This document shows, in pieces, positions 14,269 through 35,100 of a DNA stretch of 64,000 nucleotides. The position numbers and the translations under genes are program-made. Below the pieces are notes generated by a model that was not told the origin of the DNA, made no database searches, and saw nothing but the letters and a program-made list of their open reading frames with translations. The DNA lies in NCBI GenBank assembly GCA_964247055.1, contig OZ176050.1, positions 9,858,001-9,922,000 of the forward strand, written 5' to 3'. Positions within the stretch are counted from its first letter, which is position 1; the number at the start of each line of letters is the position of its first letter. This stretch comes from Paragordius varius (taxonomy: Eukaryota; Animalia; Nematomorpha).

Positions 14269-15776
14269 TCATTAAACACATGAAATTTTATGCATTCATG
14301 AATAAAATGTGATCAATTTTAGTATGCATGAGGTGTTACTATAAATGGGTTATTATTTTGTTTTCCACATGTATTTTGTTGTTTTTCAGTCTACATCCCA
14401 AGAAAACTCATAAAACTTCTCAAAAAGAAATTGTTAAATTATTTTAATTTTAGTGCGCACAGTATTTAAATGGTAGTATAACTGGTTCACTTTGTCCAAG
14501 TTATTGTAACAATACTTTGGTATTTGATGTTTAATGCTAGTTTTCCAATACATTTTTGCTGTTTAATCTAGTTCACGCTACAAAAAAATTTTACAGTAAA
14601 AACGACATCTTTGATGCGATTATCAATCAGATTAATCTAAAATTTCCAAATGGTTCCCTTTTTTTTAAAGCTTAGCTCATATTGAAAAAAATATTATCAA
14701 AGCAATTATAGCCAATCGATTAATCGATATAAACTACGATAAATTGGTATTTTTTTATTAGTAAGCTTTTGAATAATTTGATAAAATGACAATAATTTTT
14801 CTCTCAGTTAATACCAAGCGAAATCAATTCATTATGGGGTATTATGCAAAGCTCAGTATTTCCCATAAGACTCCTGCTTTGGAATTCAAATATTTCTCCA
14901 CAGATTTTAGGGTTGTGCGGTCCCTATATATATGCCCTAAAAGAAATGAAATATTTTATTGGAAAAGGTTTGAACCCGATAATAATATGTTTTATTTAAA
15001 ATTATATTTCGGCCATTCTATATAAAAATATTTTGAAACAGATTGGGACACATTCATACATTTGCGCAAATATAAAAATATTAAATTATCCAAATTTTTT
15101 TAAAATGGCTGTTATTTAATTAATTTTTAAAAAATAAGGATATCAACATTTTTAACAACCAGCTAACAACTTTTAATTAGGGTTTTTTAAATATTATGAG
15201 CGCATATATATATATATATATATTTGACTTTAAATAAAATAATATTTCTCATCATAATATGGACAATAGGAAATGTTATGAGGTATCCTATAATAGTTCC
15301 TGCTAAGCAATGAAATTATTCACAAATACTTATAACTTTGGTTTTTCCGGGTGTTCATAAAAAATTATAATTTCAACCTAAATGACTAATTTGATATCAT
15401 GAAATGTGCAATCCTCTATATATTGCGCTTATTGTTATATTAATATGAAATCAATTTATAAATAAAAATAATCTGGGTCAATATTTGCCACATATTTAAA
15501 TAATTATTAGAAATGACATAAGTATGAGCTTATCTTAAAATAAAAAAATATAAAAATTTAAAATCTTTTTTCAATGATAATTGTATTTCAGCCTAAACTT
15601 TCCTAAAAAGATAATTGTTGTTTATTTTTTATTCTTATATATGAGTATTACCCAAATATATGGCCAAACTGTTACCAATATTATTTAAAACCCAAAAAAT
15701 TTTATTCGACCCTTAATATTATAATAAATTATTTGATTAAAATTTATTCAACAAATAGTGATAAATTAATATTTAG

Positions 15777-16293
15777 AAAAACTGAGTTGGCTTCAGAATT
15801 ATTTTTTATCCCTAAATCTCATCAATTTTGCTTTGGATTTCCATCGCATTTTTTTTCCCATTTCTATCACAATGAAACCATTAAAACGCAAAAATTTGGT
15901 ATACGATGACAAAAGGCATTATATTTATATCATGAACCCAGGAGAGGTAAAAAAATTTATGTTCTTTTTGTAAGATCAAAATTGACTTTAAACGATATGG
16001 CTTAATGTTTTTGCATAAATATTATATATAGATAGTATAAATATAATTAAATGAATTTCAGTAAATGCCGTGTTTTAAATGTAAGGAAACAGTTTTATCT
16101 ACTTAATAAATTTTGTAGGGAAGAAATTTTTAGCAATTAAACCAAATTTCACTGGACCATCTTCACAATAATTCTGATTGAAATTTATGACATATTAAAT
16201 ATAAAAACGACTTATTATAGAAATGATTTTCGATAATTACCGGGATATTAGATTAAAAGCTTTAATTATTTTAAACCGATTTGAGGGTGATCC

Positions 16294-16334
<41 letters not shown>

Positions 16335-16987
16335 CGTGATTGATTTTACGTTGGCATAACTAGGTGATCGCAATCGATGCTGGACCTAACAATCTCAGCT
16401 ATAGTAACCTAATTGACCTTACACCTTATTATTACGTTTGTCAAGCTATTCAGGATTATTTCAATATTTTTACATTTGATCGGATAAAAAACACGTATTC
16501 AGTTATAAGTATATCTATAGTGAAGAAATGTCAGGTAAATTTAATTTAACGCAATCCGATAAAATGTCTCTGATTCAAGCGGCCAAAGAGTTGGAGAAAG
16601 CTTGTGGATTGTTACGCGATCAACGCAAAGGTTTAATATATGAAAGTTTTCGCATAATTTTAAATAAAATATATCTGTGTATACATGCATTTAAAAAATA
16701 TAGGTTTGCATTTAACTCGGTTTGTTAGGACGGGTCCTTCTTCTCGCATTTGGAGTTACATAGATAATAATTTAACAATCATTACTCAAAGTTCATTTAA
16801 TAATTATTACGCAACTGGTTGGTCTATGGCCATATCATATGGTTTAATAAATAATAAGGTAAAAACGGGTACGAAAAAAATCGTCGTCGCTGATGAAGAT
16901 AAATGGTTTGAGGGCATGGATCCTTATGTAGTTTCACAACTTAAAATGTATGGAGTTAGACGCGTTGATGATTTAAAACCCCAGTAA
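15777..16987 (+). CDS. Spliced protein-coding gene of unknown function (5' exons unresolved)
   Basis: Exons ~15777-15946, 16364-16494, 16521-16630, 16704-16987 join in frame: ...YIMNPGE|VIAIDAGPNNLSY...DRIKNT|EEMSGKF...DQRKG|LHLTRFVRTGPSSRIWSY...DDLKPQ*; the 42 nt after ...NLSY could be an additional intron. Confidence 0.65.
16297..16331. repeat. (TA)n microsatellite
   Basis: Pure TA run in intron of the unknown gene. Confidence 0.95.
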
Positions 16988-17910
16988 AATTTTACATACA
17001 CACACATTAAGGGCTTAATTAACCCTATTAATATTAGTTTATAGATAGCTAATTATGGGTTATATATGTTATATATTTTTATCTAGTGTGATTCATACGA
17101 TTGCGTTGTACGAGGATGGCAAAAGTTTTTTGTGAAATACCATTATTTTCATACGATTTGTATAATATAATGAATATTCTAATTTGTATTTATTTTTTGT
17201 TTATAATCTTTTTTTTAAAACAATTTTGATTCGCATAAAATTTTCAAAAGCCTGAAATTATTAATTTTATGATTTAAAACCAAAAAAAATAATTAGCCTT
17301 TCTTATTATTTACGATTTTGGACTTTTGGTTTAAATGCCATAAAATGAGTTATTTAATGTAGCCTTAGCTGAACCGTTGTTAATTTTAGGGAATTTAAAA
17401 ATAAGCAATATTTGGCTGAATATACACATATAAAATTTATTCAAAAAAGTAAAAATTTATTCCAATTATTTGATAATGGAAAATATTTTAAAATTTATAA
17501 AATTCAAGATAAAAATTTGTCTAAAATTGTTTAATAAATTAGAATTGTATATAAAAAATGATGATGTATATAAAATTATTTGCATAAAAAATGTCACGAC
17601 ATATGAAATGCACATAAACGATTGCATAAATAGCTATTAACATATTAACTAAACCATCCAATTTTTTTTAAAAAAATGCACGTAAATGCCTTGTTTAAAT
17701 CAATGCCCTCCTTTTGATTTTTAGCATCCATTTAAATAATTTCTCACATAAAATTTGTCTAATTTTAAAAATATATCGTATAATTATTGCTAGATGGATA
17801 TTATATAAATATCGTAAAAAAGTTATGAAAAAACAAATGCATTAAAAATATTAAGTAGCACATTTATATGGCATAGGGGTATGTGAGGACGGACATTTCA
17901 TTACATTCCA

Positions 17911-24949
<7,039 letters not shown>

Positions 24950-25199
24950 CTCATGCGTTTTTAACGGTTGACCATGTGTTTGAATGTTATGCAAGCCTCA
25001 TATTTTTAGGGATCCAAAATAAACTTGGAAAAAAAACATGCAAGTACTAATATAAATTCCATTTATATTATAAAGATTATATATTTTATTAAAAACAATA
25101 ATAGTTCTTAACTTAATTATCTTTAAAATTTTAATATAAAAATTTATTTTGGCCTTTTGTCCCACAGGTTACAATTTGTATAATAAATAATTTAAACGT

Positions 25200-26140
25200 A
25201 ATTTGTGTATATAGTGACACAGTGCACATAAAAAATATCCTAATAAAAATATATCCTGATTAGAAAATGAGTCAGGAATGGGACCTTTAGTTATGGCCTT
25301 ACGATTAATTTAAATTTGTTTAAATTTTTATGGCGATTGCTCCATGTCAGAAAATAAAAAAATGTGTATATTTCTTAATTGCTAAAGCTGCTTCATCGTA
25401 AAATATACCAATAAAATATAAATAAATTATAAAAAAAAATGTAAAATATTTATAAAAAAAAATATGATGTGGGCTCTGAAATCCCAAATTTTTTTGCTCT
25501 TCTCAAATGAGGTTTTATGGAATAAAAACTAATATATGGATTTTGATATAACCTTAAATTATTTTTAATATAATGCACAATTGTTAGCTAAATTTTGCTG
25601 AAGCGTACTTCATACTATTTTTATAATGGAAACGGTATGATACGCTTAAAAATATTATAAAAAATAAAAACATTTATCTTATGTTATTTAATGCGGAACA
25701 TTTTTATATCAGAATTTTAATTAACATATTGGCTCGTCTTTACATTTATGTTTGACAACGATTCACGAAAATTACAAAAAACTCAAATTTTATCGAATTT
25801 TATGGAAGTGTTTTTGAAAAATCTTTAAGCGTTTTTATAACGTTTTAATGCCTCGAAATAGTATAAATCACGCTCAATTTTCCTAAAAATTAAATTTTTT
25901 AAAAAGTATGTATAAAAAATAATTTAACAATCAAATTTTTTATATATACTTAAAAATATATAGCAGAATCCCTGCATTTTTGGGTCTATTTTAAGAGAAT
26001 TATCTCATTAGAAAAAAATGGGATATTCAGAAGCCACACCTGAAATAAATTTTTTATAATATATTGTTGTGCTTTTGATATATAGTTTATGATATATTTT
26101 AGTGAAATGAAACAATTTCACAAAATATGTTTAACAAAAT
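25200..26140. mobile_element. Degenerate foldback element related to family T internal sequence
   Basis: Left arm resembles 11170-11640 (GGGCTCTGAAATCCCAAATTTT), right arm carries its inverse (AAAAATGGGATATTCAGAAGCCAC); exact ends not resolved. Confidence 0.5.
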
Positions 26141-26465
26141 GTGGGAAATTTTCCTTTCAGTATTAACAATTACCTTAAAATTGATAAAAAAATTAAATCA
26201 CTCCTAACAGCAAAAACTAACCATAATAATTTTGATATACTTTGCTATCAGAATACATATATATACCATTTACAATTTAAATTCACCCTTGAACAATTCA
26301 AATTCACCCTCGAACAATTCAAATTCACCATCAATTAAAATATATGTTTTTTAGGATTAAAAATTACCTATATTTTTGTATATTTTTAAAAAATAAATTT
26401 TGTTTTAAATTAAAATAATACTGAAAAAAATAATAAACTGTGCCAAAAAATATATTTCATATTAA

Positions 26466-27185
26466 CACTTCGATTCAAATTGGGGTATCTAAATACCCCA
26501 GACTAAATTTTAATTAATGTTTTTAAAAAACTACTGAAGGAAACCGTCCCAATTTAAATTTATGCTTCTATCCTGATAAAAATTATATAAAAATGCCAAA
26601 ATATCGTGAAAAAATTTTGTTTTGAAAAAAAAGTTCCATCTCAAATTACTTCGCCGCCATTTTTATTGTGCAAAATTTTTGCAAAATATCGTCTTCAATT
26701 AAATTTAAGTGTAAAACTAAAGCTAATTTTTTAAAATCACATCTAACATTGATAGAAATAGAAAAAGCGGTTTATTTTGTATTAATTTTAATTTTACAAT
26801 TTGACACATGTGAGTTGACGAAATATTTACCTTTCGGTTTTAGCTTAAGGGTACGAGCTCGTTTGATGGATAACATCCTCAAAGAAACCAACCAATCATT
26901 ATCCGAACTAAACACCAAAACCGGAAATCGCAGTGAATGGAGAAGCTTTATTTTCAATGTTGCAGTTAGTCGGAATCGACTTTAGCTAACAACAACAACA
27001 ACAAGTAATATCGAGTATTTTTGAATAAAATTTTTTATATTTTGGTTTATTAATTATAAGTGTAATTTTGCCATGGTTTCGCTTCCTTCCATACTTTTTA
27101 AAGTATTTTATTTTAAACAGGCCTGGGGTATCCAACTACCCCAATTTGAATCGAAGGACTAAAATGAGTGTGTTGTATCCAAGTG
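26466..27185 (+). mobile_element. piggyBac-like MITE (family D) with TTAA TSD
   Basis: TTAA|CACTTCGATTC...ATCCAAGTG|TTAA; homologous to 57237-58368 and 57463-58042. Confidence 0.8.
26845..27004 (+). mobile_element. 5'-truncated RTE-like LINE 3' end with (CAA)n tail
   Basis: Translates ARLMDNILKETNQSLSELNTKTGNRSEWRSFIFNVAVSRNRL* then CAACAACAACAA; absent from other family D copies. Confidence 0.65.
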
Positions 27186-27307
27186 TTAATAATGAGTTAG
27201 AGTTCGAAAACACACAATTTATTTTTAGGGTGAATTGTTCAAGGGTGAATTTGTATTGTTCGAGGGTGAATTTGTATTGTTCAAGGGTGAATTTGAACTG
27301 TATATGG

Positions 27308-27356
<49 letters not shown>

Positions 27357-27489
27357 AAAAGAAGTAGCTAGCATCCTCCAATAAATTTTTATTTAGTATT
27401 ATTTTCTTATTTTTTAATATGAAGCAGTTATTACTAAATTATATTTATTAAATTACTGTAATGTCCAAAAAATAACCTGCTGAAATATA

Positions 27490-28460
27490 TATATTAATAG
27501 CAAAATATATCATTATACTGGTGCTAAAGTTGCTTAGACTTTTTGTGGTAAGTGCGCCATAAGAAAATGGCATACTTTGCGAACATTTTTATAGATAATT
27601 TTTTTTAATGAAAGGCTTTATGCTTTATTCCAAAAAATATCACTAAACCAAAACTCACTTTAAGAACATTTTTTTAAGAAATTTTAATTTTCAGACGTGG
27701 GCCCCGAAAATCCTAAATTTTATTGCACTTCAAAAATAGGCTAGTTTTCTTAAACACCGCAAAAATGCCGGAATTGCTAGAGTAAAGTTCAAAATTATAA
27801 ATACACTTAATGATAATTAAAAACACTCTTTCGACTTTATTCGATTTGTATTTATATTAAAATTCCCAACATTTTGTAAGTATACGAACTTGTAAATTGA
27901 AATGAAAAAGAAATGGTCAGCATCTTCAAATTATTAAGAAATTTATTTTTATAAAATCTAAAAGCGTTTCATACCGTTTGACTCATGTCTCGAAAAAGTA
28001 TGAACTACGCTTCAACATAAAGAATGCATTTTTTTAAAAAAATAATTTTTTATGTCAAAATTTAGCATATGATTATAGATTTTATCGCTCAATCCCGGTA
28101 TTTTTGCCTTTTTTTGAAAAGAACTAGCATATTTTAGGGATTAAAAAATGGGATTTTCGGAGCAGATATTTAAAAACTAATTCAAAAAAATTGGTTGCTT
28201 TTTATGTGTTATTCATGATATATTTTAATGATGTTATTTGGAATGTAGCTTTCACCAAAAAAATATTATTGCAAAAAATATGCTCAAATTTGCCATTTTT
28301 AGATCTCATTTACCACAAGAGTATAATTTTTCTATATTACTCCTAAGGGCCAAAATTAAAAGCACCATGATAAAATTAATACATTTTACTATCAGAACAT
28401 ATATTTCAACAGATTATTTTTTTAAACCCCCGATTTTGGACGCAGTGCATATGTCTAGAA
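27490..28460. mobile_element. Second degenerate foldback related to family T
   Basis: GGGCCCCGAAAATCCTAAATTTT (27700) vs inverted AAAAAATGGGATTTTCGGAGCAG (28145); arms similar to 11200-11640 and 12740-13130. Confidence 0.5.
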
Positions 28461-29162
28461 ATTTCTCAGGATGGATATGATTTTTTAAAAAAATTCCTAC
28501 CGTTAACGGCCGCCTGATTTAAGAGGAGAGATTAACTACAAAACCTTAAATATAACAGTAGCTATGTTACCTTGTCGTTGTAAAATATATATCTTCTAAT
28601 AATATGAATATGCCTACCCTTTCGGAAAATTGCTCCTAAGCCAATACTTGCTCATAAACTTTATTATCGAGGGAAACAAGGAAGAAAGAAGAGACTGCTT
28701 CAAAAAACGACTCTATCTTTGGAAATTTAGACCTGCATGGTTGAAGCTGCTTAAAAATTAATAATTACTCGAAAAACCTATTTAACGTTTGTAACGTGCA
28801 TCAAACATATTATTTGGGGACCTCTATTTTTCCAAAATATTCTTGGAGGGTCGAAAAATGAACTAATTTAAAATAGTGGTTTAATAACCCTCGGCGGTAA
28901 TATAAATAATATTTTCCAGGAATTTTAAGGGCTTAAAACCTTTTTGAAATGTCTCAAAGCGGACATTCTAGGTGTTTTACTGATTAATAAAATTTTGTAT
29001 TTATATTATGAGACTAGTAGATGCTTAGAATATTATGTATATAAGTTTATTATGACTTTAATTGCATATATAAAAATTCAATAATATATATATATATATA
29101 TATAATAAAACATACATCACTCTGATTTGTTATTCCCTTCAACAACTTCATTTGTATAAAAC

Positions 29163-32100
29163 ATGGTTCAACTTAAAACTTATGCGGATGCGGCATCAAA
29201 AAGCTTTGGTGGCTCACAATCTCAATTTAAAGATAAACAAAAACCGGCCCATATTAGAGAAAGTAATATAGTGGCGGCAAAAGGTATTTATTTTTTCTCA
29301 AAGTTTAGCCGTGGCTGATTCTATACGTACTAGTTTGGGGCCCAGAGGAATGGATAAAATGGTTATTTTATCATTTAATATTTTTAGATTAAATCCAAAA
29401 ATGGGGACGTTTCTATTACTAATGATGGAGCTACTATACTTAATCAAATGCAAGTAATTCATCCGGCCGCAAAAATGGTAATACACTTTTTTAAACCTCA
29501 AATTTGACGAAAAATCTTATATATTCAATAAAAAATTTTTTAAAATAAAGATATATTTGGTTTATTAAATTACAATTTTAAAAAGTAAGCAAATTTGATT
29601 GTTCTTGGACGCATCTTCCCAATGTTTATTAAAAAATAATGATTTCCCTACAATTTACCAATGATACAAAGGTAATAAAAAATCTTTTTAGAATTTATCT
29701 GTAATACCACAATTTATTTTGATTCATTACGAATCATACATTAATAACAAAATTTAACATAAACTCAAAATTTTATTGCATTAACTTATAAAAATATTAA
29801 TTGGTTAAAGTGAATTGAAGTATACTAATAGTCAATCAGTCATATTCAACATTTCATACATTTATTTATTGTTTTTTGTGATGAATAGTTGGTTAATTTA
29901 GCCAAGGCTTAAAATAATTTAAACTGATTTATTTGTATGAAATGCATTTTTTTATAACTGGTGGCACGCACAACTCTTATTTGCTATTTTTAACATACTT
30001 ATTACACCGATTCTATATTACATCATAATAGGACAATGTTAATTGATTGATTTATCACATTCATTTGAAACATTTATTATTAAGTTGGTAGATCTGGCAA
30101 AGGCGCAAGACATTGAAGCCGGAGATGGGACAACCACAGTCGTTATTTTGGCCGGTAGCCTTTTGGAAGCGGCAGGGACCAAGCTCATTAGTAAGGCTGA
30201 CCTCCACCCCAACCTGGTTAGCGATGCATTTGGTCGAGCAGCTAAGCGGGCTTGTGAAATCTTGCAGGATATGTCCATCCCCGTTAAAATGTCGGATAGG
30301 CAAACGTTAATAAAGTGTGCTTCAACGGCACTTAACTCAAAGGTAATTTATTTGGCCTAGTTAATAACCAAACCTTTAAACGATTGAAGAAATTCAATCA
30401 AAGGTGTACCTAGGGTAGTGCATTTGATTGCTTTTTCAAAAAAGTCCGGTCAGACCATGGTCATGACCACATGCGATATTGGATTGTGTAATATTTATAC
30501 GACACTTGCGTTTCACCAATAATGTCATTTTTTATCTTAAAAGTTGATATTATACATTTTTTTGATATTAATTATTTACAAATATTCAATCAAATTAAAT
30601 CAAGATTTTTGTTTTCAAATAATTTTGCCACATGTTTGTGGCCTTCTAAATCTTCAAATACATAGCTTTTAATACTGGATATTTCAAATATTACCTAGTT
30701 TGTTTTACACTAGCTTTCATCATTGTAATATCCAATTATAAAATGTTTTTTCATTTATTGGTTCACATATATGGAATATTCATATTTTGCAAAGTGCTTG
30801 GTTGTTTTGTTTTTCGAAATAGCTGGATATGCTTAAATGCTAATGTTATAACGATGCATGTTTAACAATTTTGTATTGTTAAATAAGCATATTTAATTTA
30901 TATTTTTAAAAATATATGAAAAAATAATAAAATTTTACTATTTCTCTTCCAAAAAACATTTACCAACAATTCAAAAACAGCTGTTTTATAAATGACTCGA
31001 TTCTAGGTGTACCGTATCTTAATGGCATATATTCTTACTAATGTGGTTTTTTTAGTTTTTCTCAATGGTTTTTTATCGTAGTATCTACTAAAAATGGTTA
31101 CATTTATCGAAAAATTGATTGTTTTTAAAAAAACAAAATACGATAAGTATGTTTTAAAAAATATGCAATAAGAACACTCAAATGTGGGATAAAAGATCAT
31201 ATCAAAAGCCATGGTCACAAATGGATAGAATATAATGATGAAAGAAAATTTAATCATTAATGGTTCACTTATATATATTTTTTACTCATTCGAAAAATAT
31301 AGTTCCAATTTTAGAATTTTTTATTTGATACATACAATTTCCCATCCCTTATCTACTTTTATTCCTGTGTTCTGTATTTTCAATTAATTTTTTATAATTA
31401 ATAACCATGTTATATTATTATAAAAATATTACAAGATGATTTTATTTTTTCAATCATGAGAGCTGTATTACTTTTATAGATGGTGTCACAATATTCAAAT
31501 ATATTGGCTCCTTTGGCTGTTGATGCCATATTCAAGATCTCTGATCCAACGACTGCTCATAATGTCGATTTAAAGGACATCCGCATAATTACTAAACTTG
31601 GGTTATATTTTATTCCTATTTCAAATGTTTTTTTGATTTGAGGATTAGATTATATTTATATATTTTAAATTTAACCCGAGTATTATTGTTAATAAAAAGG
31701 ACCTGTAAATAATTATTCCAATTTGTTTTTTGTTGCAAATAATATTATCTATTTATAATAACTAATTTGCAATTAGGATTTTCATTAGTTTTTGCTCTTA
31801 GCTATATCTTGCGCGAATTCTCTAAAAATAAATAAATGTGGTTATAATTATACCATTTAAATTTTAAAAATAAAATTATATTAATGAATATTTCATTTTA
31901 AAAATGCGATATTTGTTTCACAGTAGTGAATTTTAATAGCATATGTCTATTATAGGGGAACATTAGAGGATACCGAACTCATAAATGGTTTAGTTTTCAA
32001 TCAACAGACGACAGGAGTAGCTGGTGCCCCAAGCAAAGTCGAAAAAGCTAAGATTGGTTTGATTCAGTTTTGCATTTCGCCACCAAAAACTGACGTGAAA

Positions 32101-35100
32101 TTTTTTTATCTCTATTAATTTGTCTAGCTAGCTATATCATATTTCCCATACCTTTTTGGATTAATTAAATATCTCCCCAAGATAATTTAGAACTCTTATA
32201 TAACTTTATCATATGTTGTTTGTAGATGGAAAGTAACATAATTGTATCTGATTATGCTCAAATGGATCGCATTTTGAAAGAGGAACGCACTTACATTTTG
32301 AACATTGTTAAGCAGATTAAAAAATCTGGTTGCAATGTTTTATTGATTCAAAAATCGATCTTGAGGTTAATATGAGTTGCAAAATTAAATCGTTTTTATC
32401 ACCTTTTCAATGCAAAATAAAAAGTTTATGAAATTATTTTTGGATAACTTTTAATGTAAAATAATTCTTGCAATTCTAATATAACATTTTCCATTATTAT
32501 GTTGGTTAGAGATGCAATCAATGAGCTTGCTTTGCACTATCTAGCTAAAATGAAAATTATGGTTATCAAAGATATCGAACGAGATGAAGTTGAATTTTTA
32601 TGCAAAGTAAAATTTAAATATTTTTTAACTAGAAAAGATTTTAGATAGGTATATAAAGCGCTTATTAATGCAAAAATTCAAATTATAAACATTAAACTAA
32701 AAATAAGACAGCCATACAAATTATGTTTGTAAGATGTAAAATTGAGAGTTTTCAATAAGATTAAGATAAAGGTATGGTTATCTTTTAAAAATATTTGTCC
32801 TTAATCTACATTTTATTTTTATATTAATATATATTTACATGTTTTCACTCGTGAGTGCGCTCATGTTAGACCACCGTAGAACCCTATTTATAGCGTTTTA
32901 ATTTTAGATTTTGCTAGTTCACTTTTTATTATATCCATCCATCTCGTTTTAGAGCACTCACTTGTTTTCCTTTAATTAAATGAATGGCTGGGAATCTCTG
33001 ATTTTAATTTCCCTCAACCAACGTAGTATTTTTTTATTCTTTCGGCTACCGGTTTAACATCCGAGCAAATATATTTATTCTGAACCTTGTCTTTTCTTGC
33101 CAACCCGTCATTTTAAGCATTTACATTTCCGTATGCGGATTTTCCGACCCCCAAGTTTGTGAATTATACATCATTGTGGGATGAAAAACTGAACTTTATT
33201 TCCATCGTATAAGATACTTGAATTATTCCAATTTACCCAACTGCTCTTAATTTTAAATTAATATCCTCAATCGAGCGAACTTAGTATTGCCCCAAATATT
33301 TGCACCTTTCTTTACCCTTCAAAACCCAACCCAACTTCATTGCATTTTATCTTTGTTGATTTTCAGACTGCATCCATGTTTAATAACCCATTTGTTTACC
33401 GTTTGATTTAACTCAGCTAGTGAATCAGAAATAATAATTATGTTATTCCCATACATATAATACCAACCTGACCTACTTAGATTAACGACTTTGGCTACGT
33501 CATCAATACATATTATAAACAATAACGGGCTAAGCGATGAGCCTTGGTAGACGCCATGCTTTACTGTAAAAGTTTTTATGATACTTAAGGAATTTTAATT
33601 TAGAGGTGTGAGTTCATATATTTAATAACTTTTATAACTTTCCGGCACAAATTTTCAACGGACACGCTACCAAATAGTTTTTCTTGGAATCCTGTCAAAC
33701 GTCTCTTAGAGTGCTTTTCAATAACCTCCTAACCGTATGTATAGAGTATAGTTGAACTGGCGCGAAACCACGATTTCTTTTTATGGATAATATTTTTTTT
33801 ATTCGTTCTTCAATTATTTTTTCAAATAATTTAATGACGTGCGATAATATTATCTTTCTATAATTCGTGCTTTATATCTCTTTTTCCTTTAAACAGTGTA
33901 GTTTAACTTTCTTCCATTTAACCGGACTTTTATAGGTTGTAATAATTTTATTAAAAATACGCTCAATTTAGTACTGCGTCTCAAAGCACCTTCCAACAAA
34001 TTATATTTATATCGTCCGATCCTACGGCTTTATTGTTCAGAATTTCCATTAATTGCCTTCTACCTCCTTTTCCGTAATATCTTCTATTAGTCTATCAAAA
34101 GCTTTTGGTAAAAATGTCTCACCTACCCCTTTATTTTAACAAGTACTCTTTCCATCTTTTCCTTTGTCGTATATCCTGGGTTCCTTTGCAGGGCAACTTT
34201 ATATACTTTGTTTAAACCGTGCTTAATATTTAAATCATCATAAAGTAAATTTATTTTTTCTTTCTTAACCTGACCAACCATTTTTTTAATTCCTTGTTTA
34301 AACTTCTATAAATATTGGTATGTTTCTATTTGTTAAATACTTTTTTTCTCGTCACTAGCCATGCATTTTTGCATAATTGAGTTTTCCCACCATTTAAAAA
34401 GCAAATCTTTCTGATGAATCGCCAGACTTTATTCCAGTCGTTTGAGTCATCTTCGGACTGTTTTTTTATAAAAGCATCCTTTTTTCAGTTAATTTTCTCA
34501 TCGTTAGTATTTATGCCCCGTCAATAGGTTTATCAACTCAGTAAAACTTGGAAATTTAGAAGACGAAAAATTAGTTGCCCTTCCTCAACTCACAACAAAA
34601 ATTTTGTGTGGGATTTGGTGGAGTATTCATCGTAAAAATGTACCGGAAAGTTATATATATATATAGTCATTAAAATTAACGTATAAATCCCACACCTCTA
34701 GTATTAAAATTCGCTAAGGATTATCTACATATGCAATAAAGTCCGCCCTCTACCAAGGTTCATCGCTTAGTCGGTTGTTGTCCACAACAAGTATGGAGGT
34801 AGCCCAAGTTGTTAATCAAAGGTTATGTTGGTATTCCGTTTATGCGGATGACACAATAATTATGTCAAAATCACTAGCTGAATTAAAGCAAACGGTACAC
34901 AAATGGGTTCTTAAACTGAATGAATGCGGTCTAGTCAACAAATGGAAAAACAGAATTTTTTAGCTTTAAGGGTCAACAACATGAAATGGATGTTATTTCA
35001 GCCTGGATTTTTAACAGTAAAAAAGGGGCAAATATTTGGGGCAACGCTAAGTTCAGATGGCTAGTTGATAGACGATTATAAGTATTAAGAGATGTTATGA

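Larger units (their letters stand above)
26266..27307. mobile_element. Family F MITE expanded by nested insertions
   Basis: TIRs with AAATTCACCCTTGAACAATTC repeats at both ends, TA flanks, (TA)n 27313-27351. Confidence 0.75.

Noticed and set aside
15758-15776. Possible 19-nt intron GTGATAAATTAATATTTAG joining an upstream frame to the unknown gene
   Set aside because: Phase fits but there is no conserved protein to anchor it and the upstream frame lacks an ATG; unverifiable without cDNA
16364-16420. Resemblance of PGEVIAIDAGPNNL to nucleoside hydrolase (PGEITL..GPLTNL) or AnmK (FDTGPGN) motifs
   Set aside because: Rest of the protein lacks the other family motifs; too short to support a call
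29163-29477. Stop-codon reassignment or programmed frameshifting to explain interruptions in CCT4 and EF-1alpha
   Set aside because: Every interruption is bounded by GT..AG (one GC..AG) and precise removal restores the canonical protein; standard code works throughout
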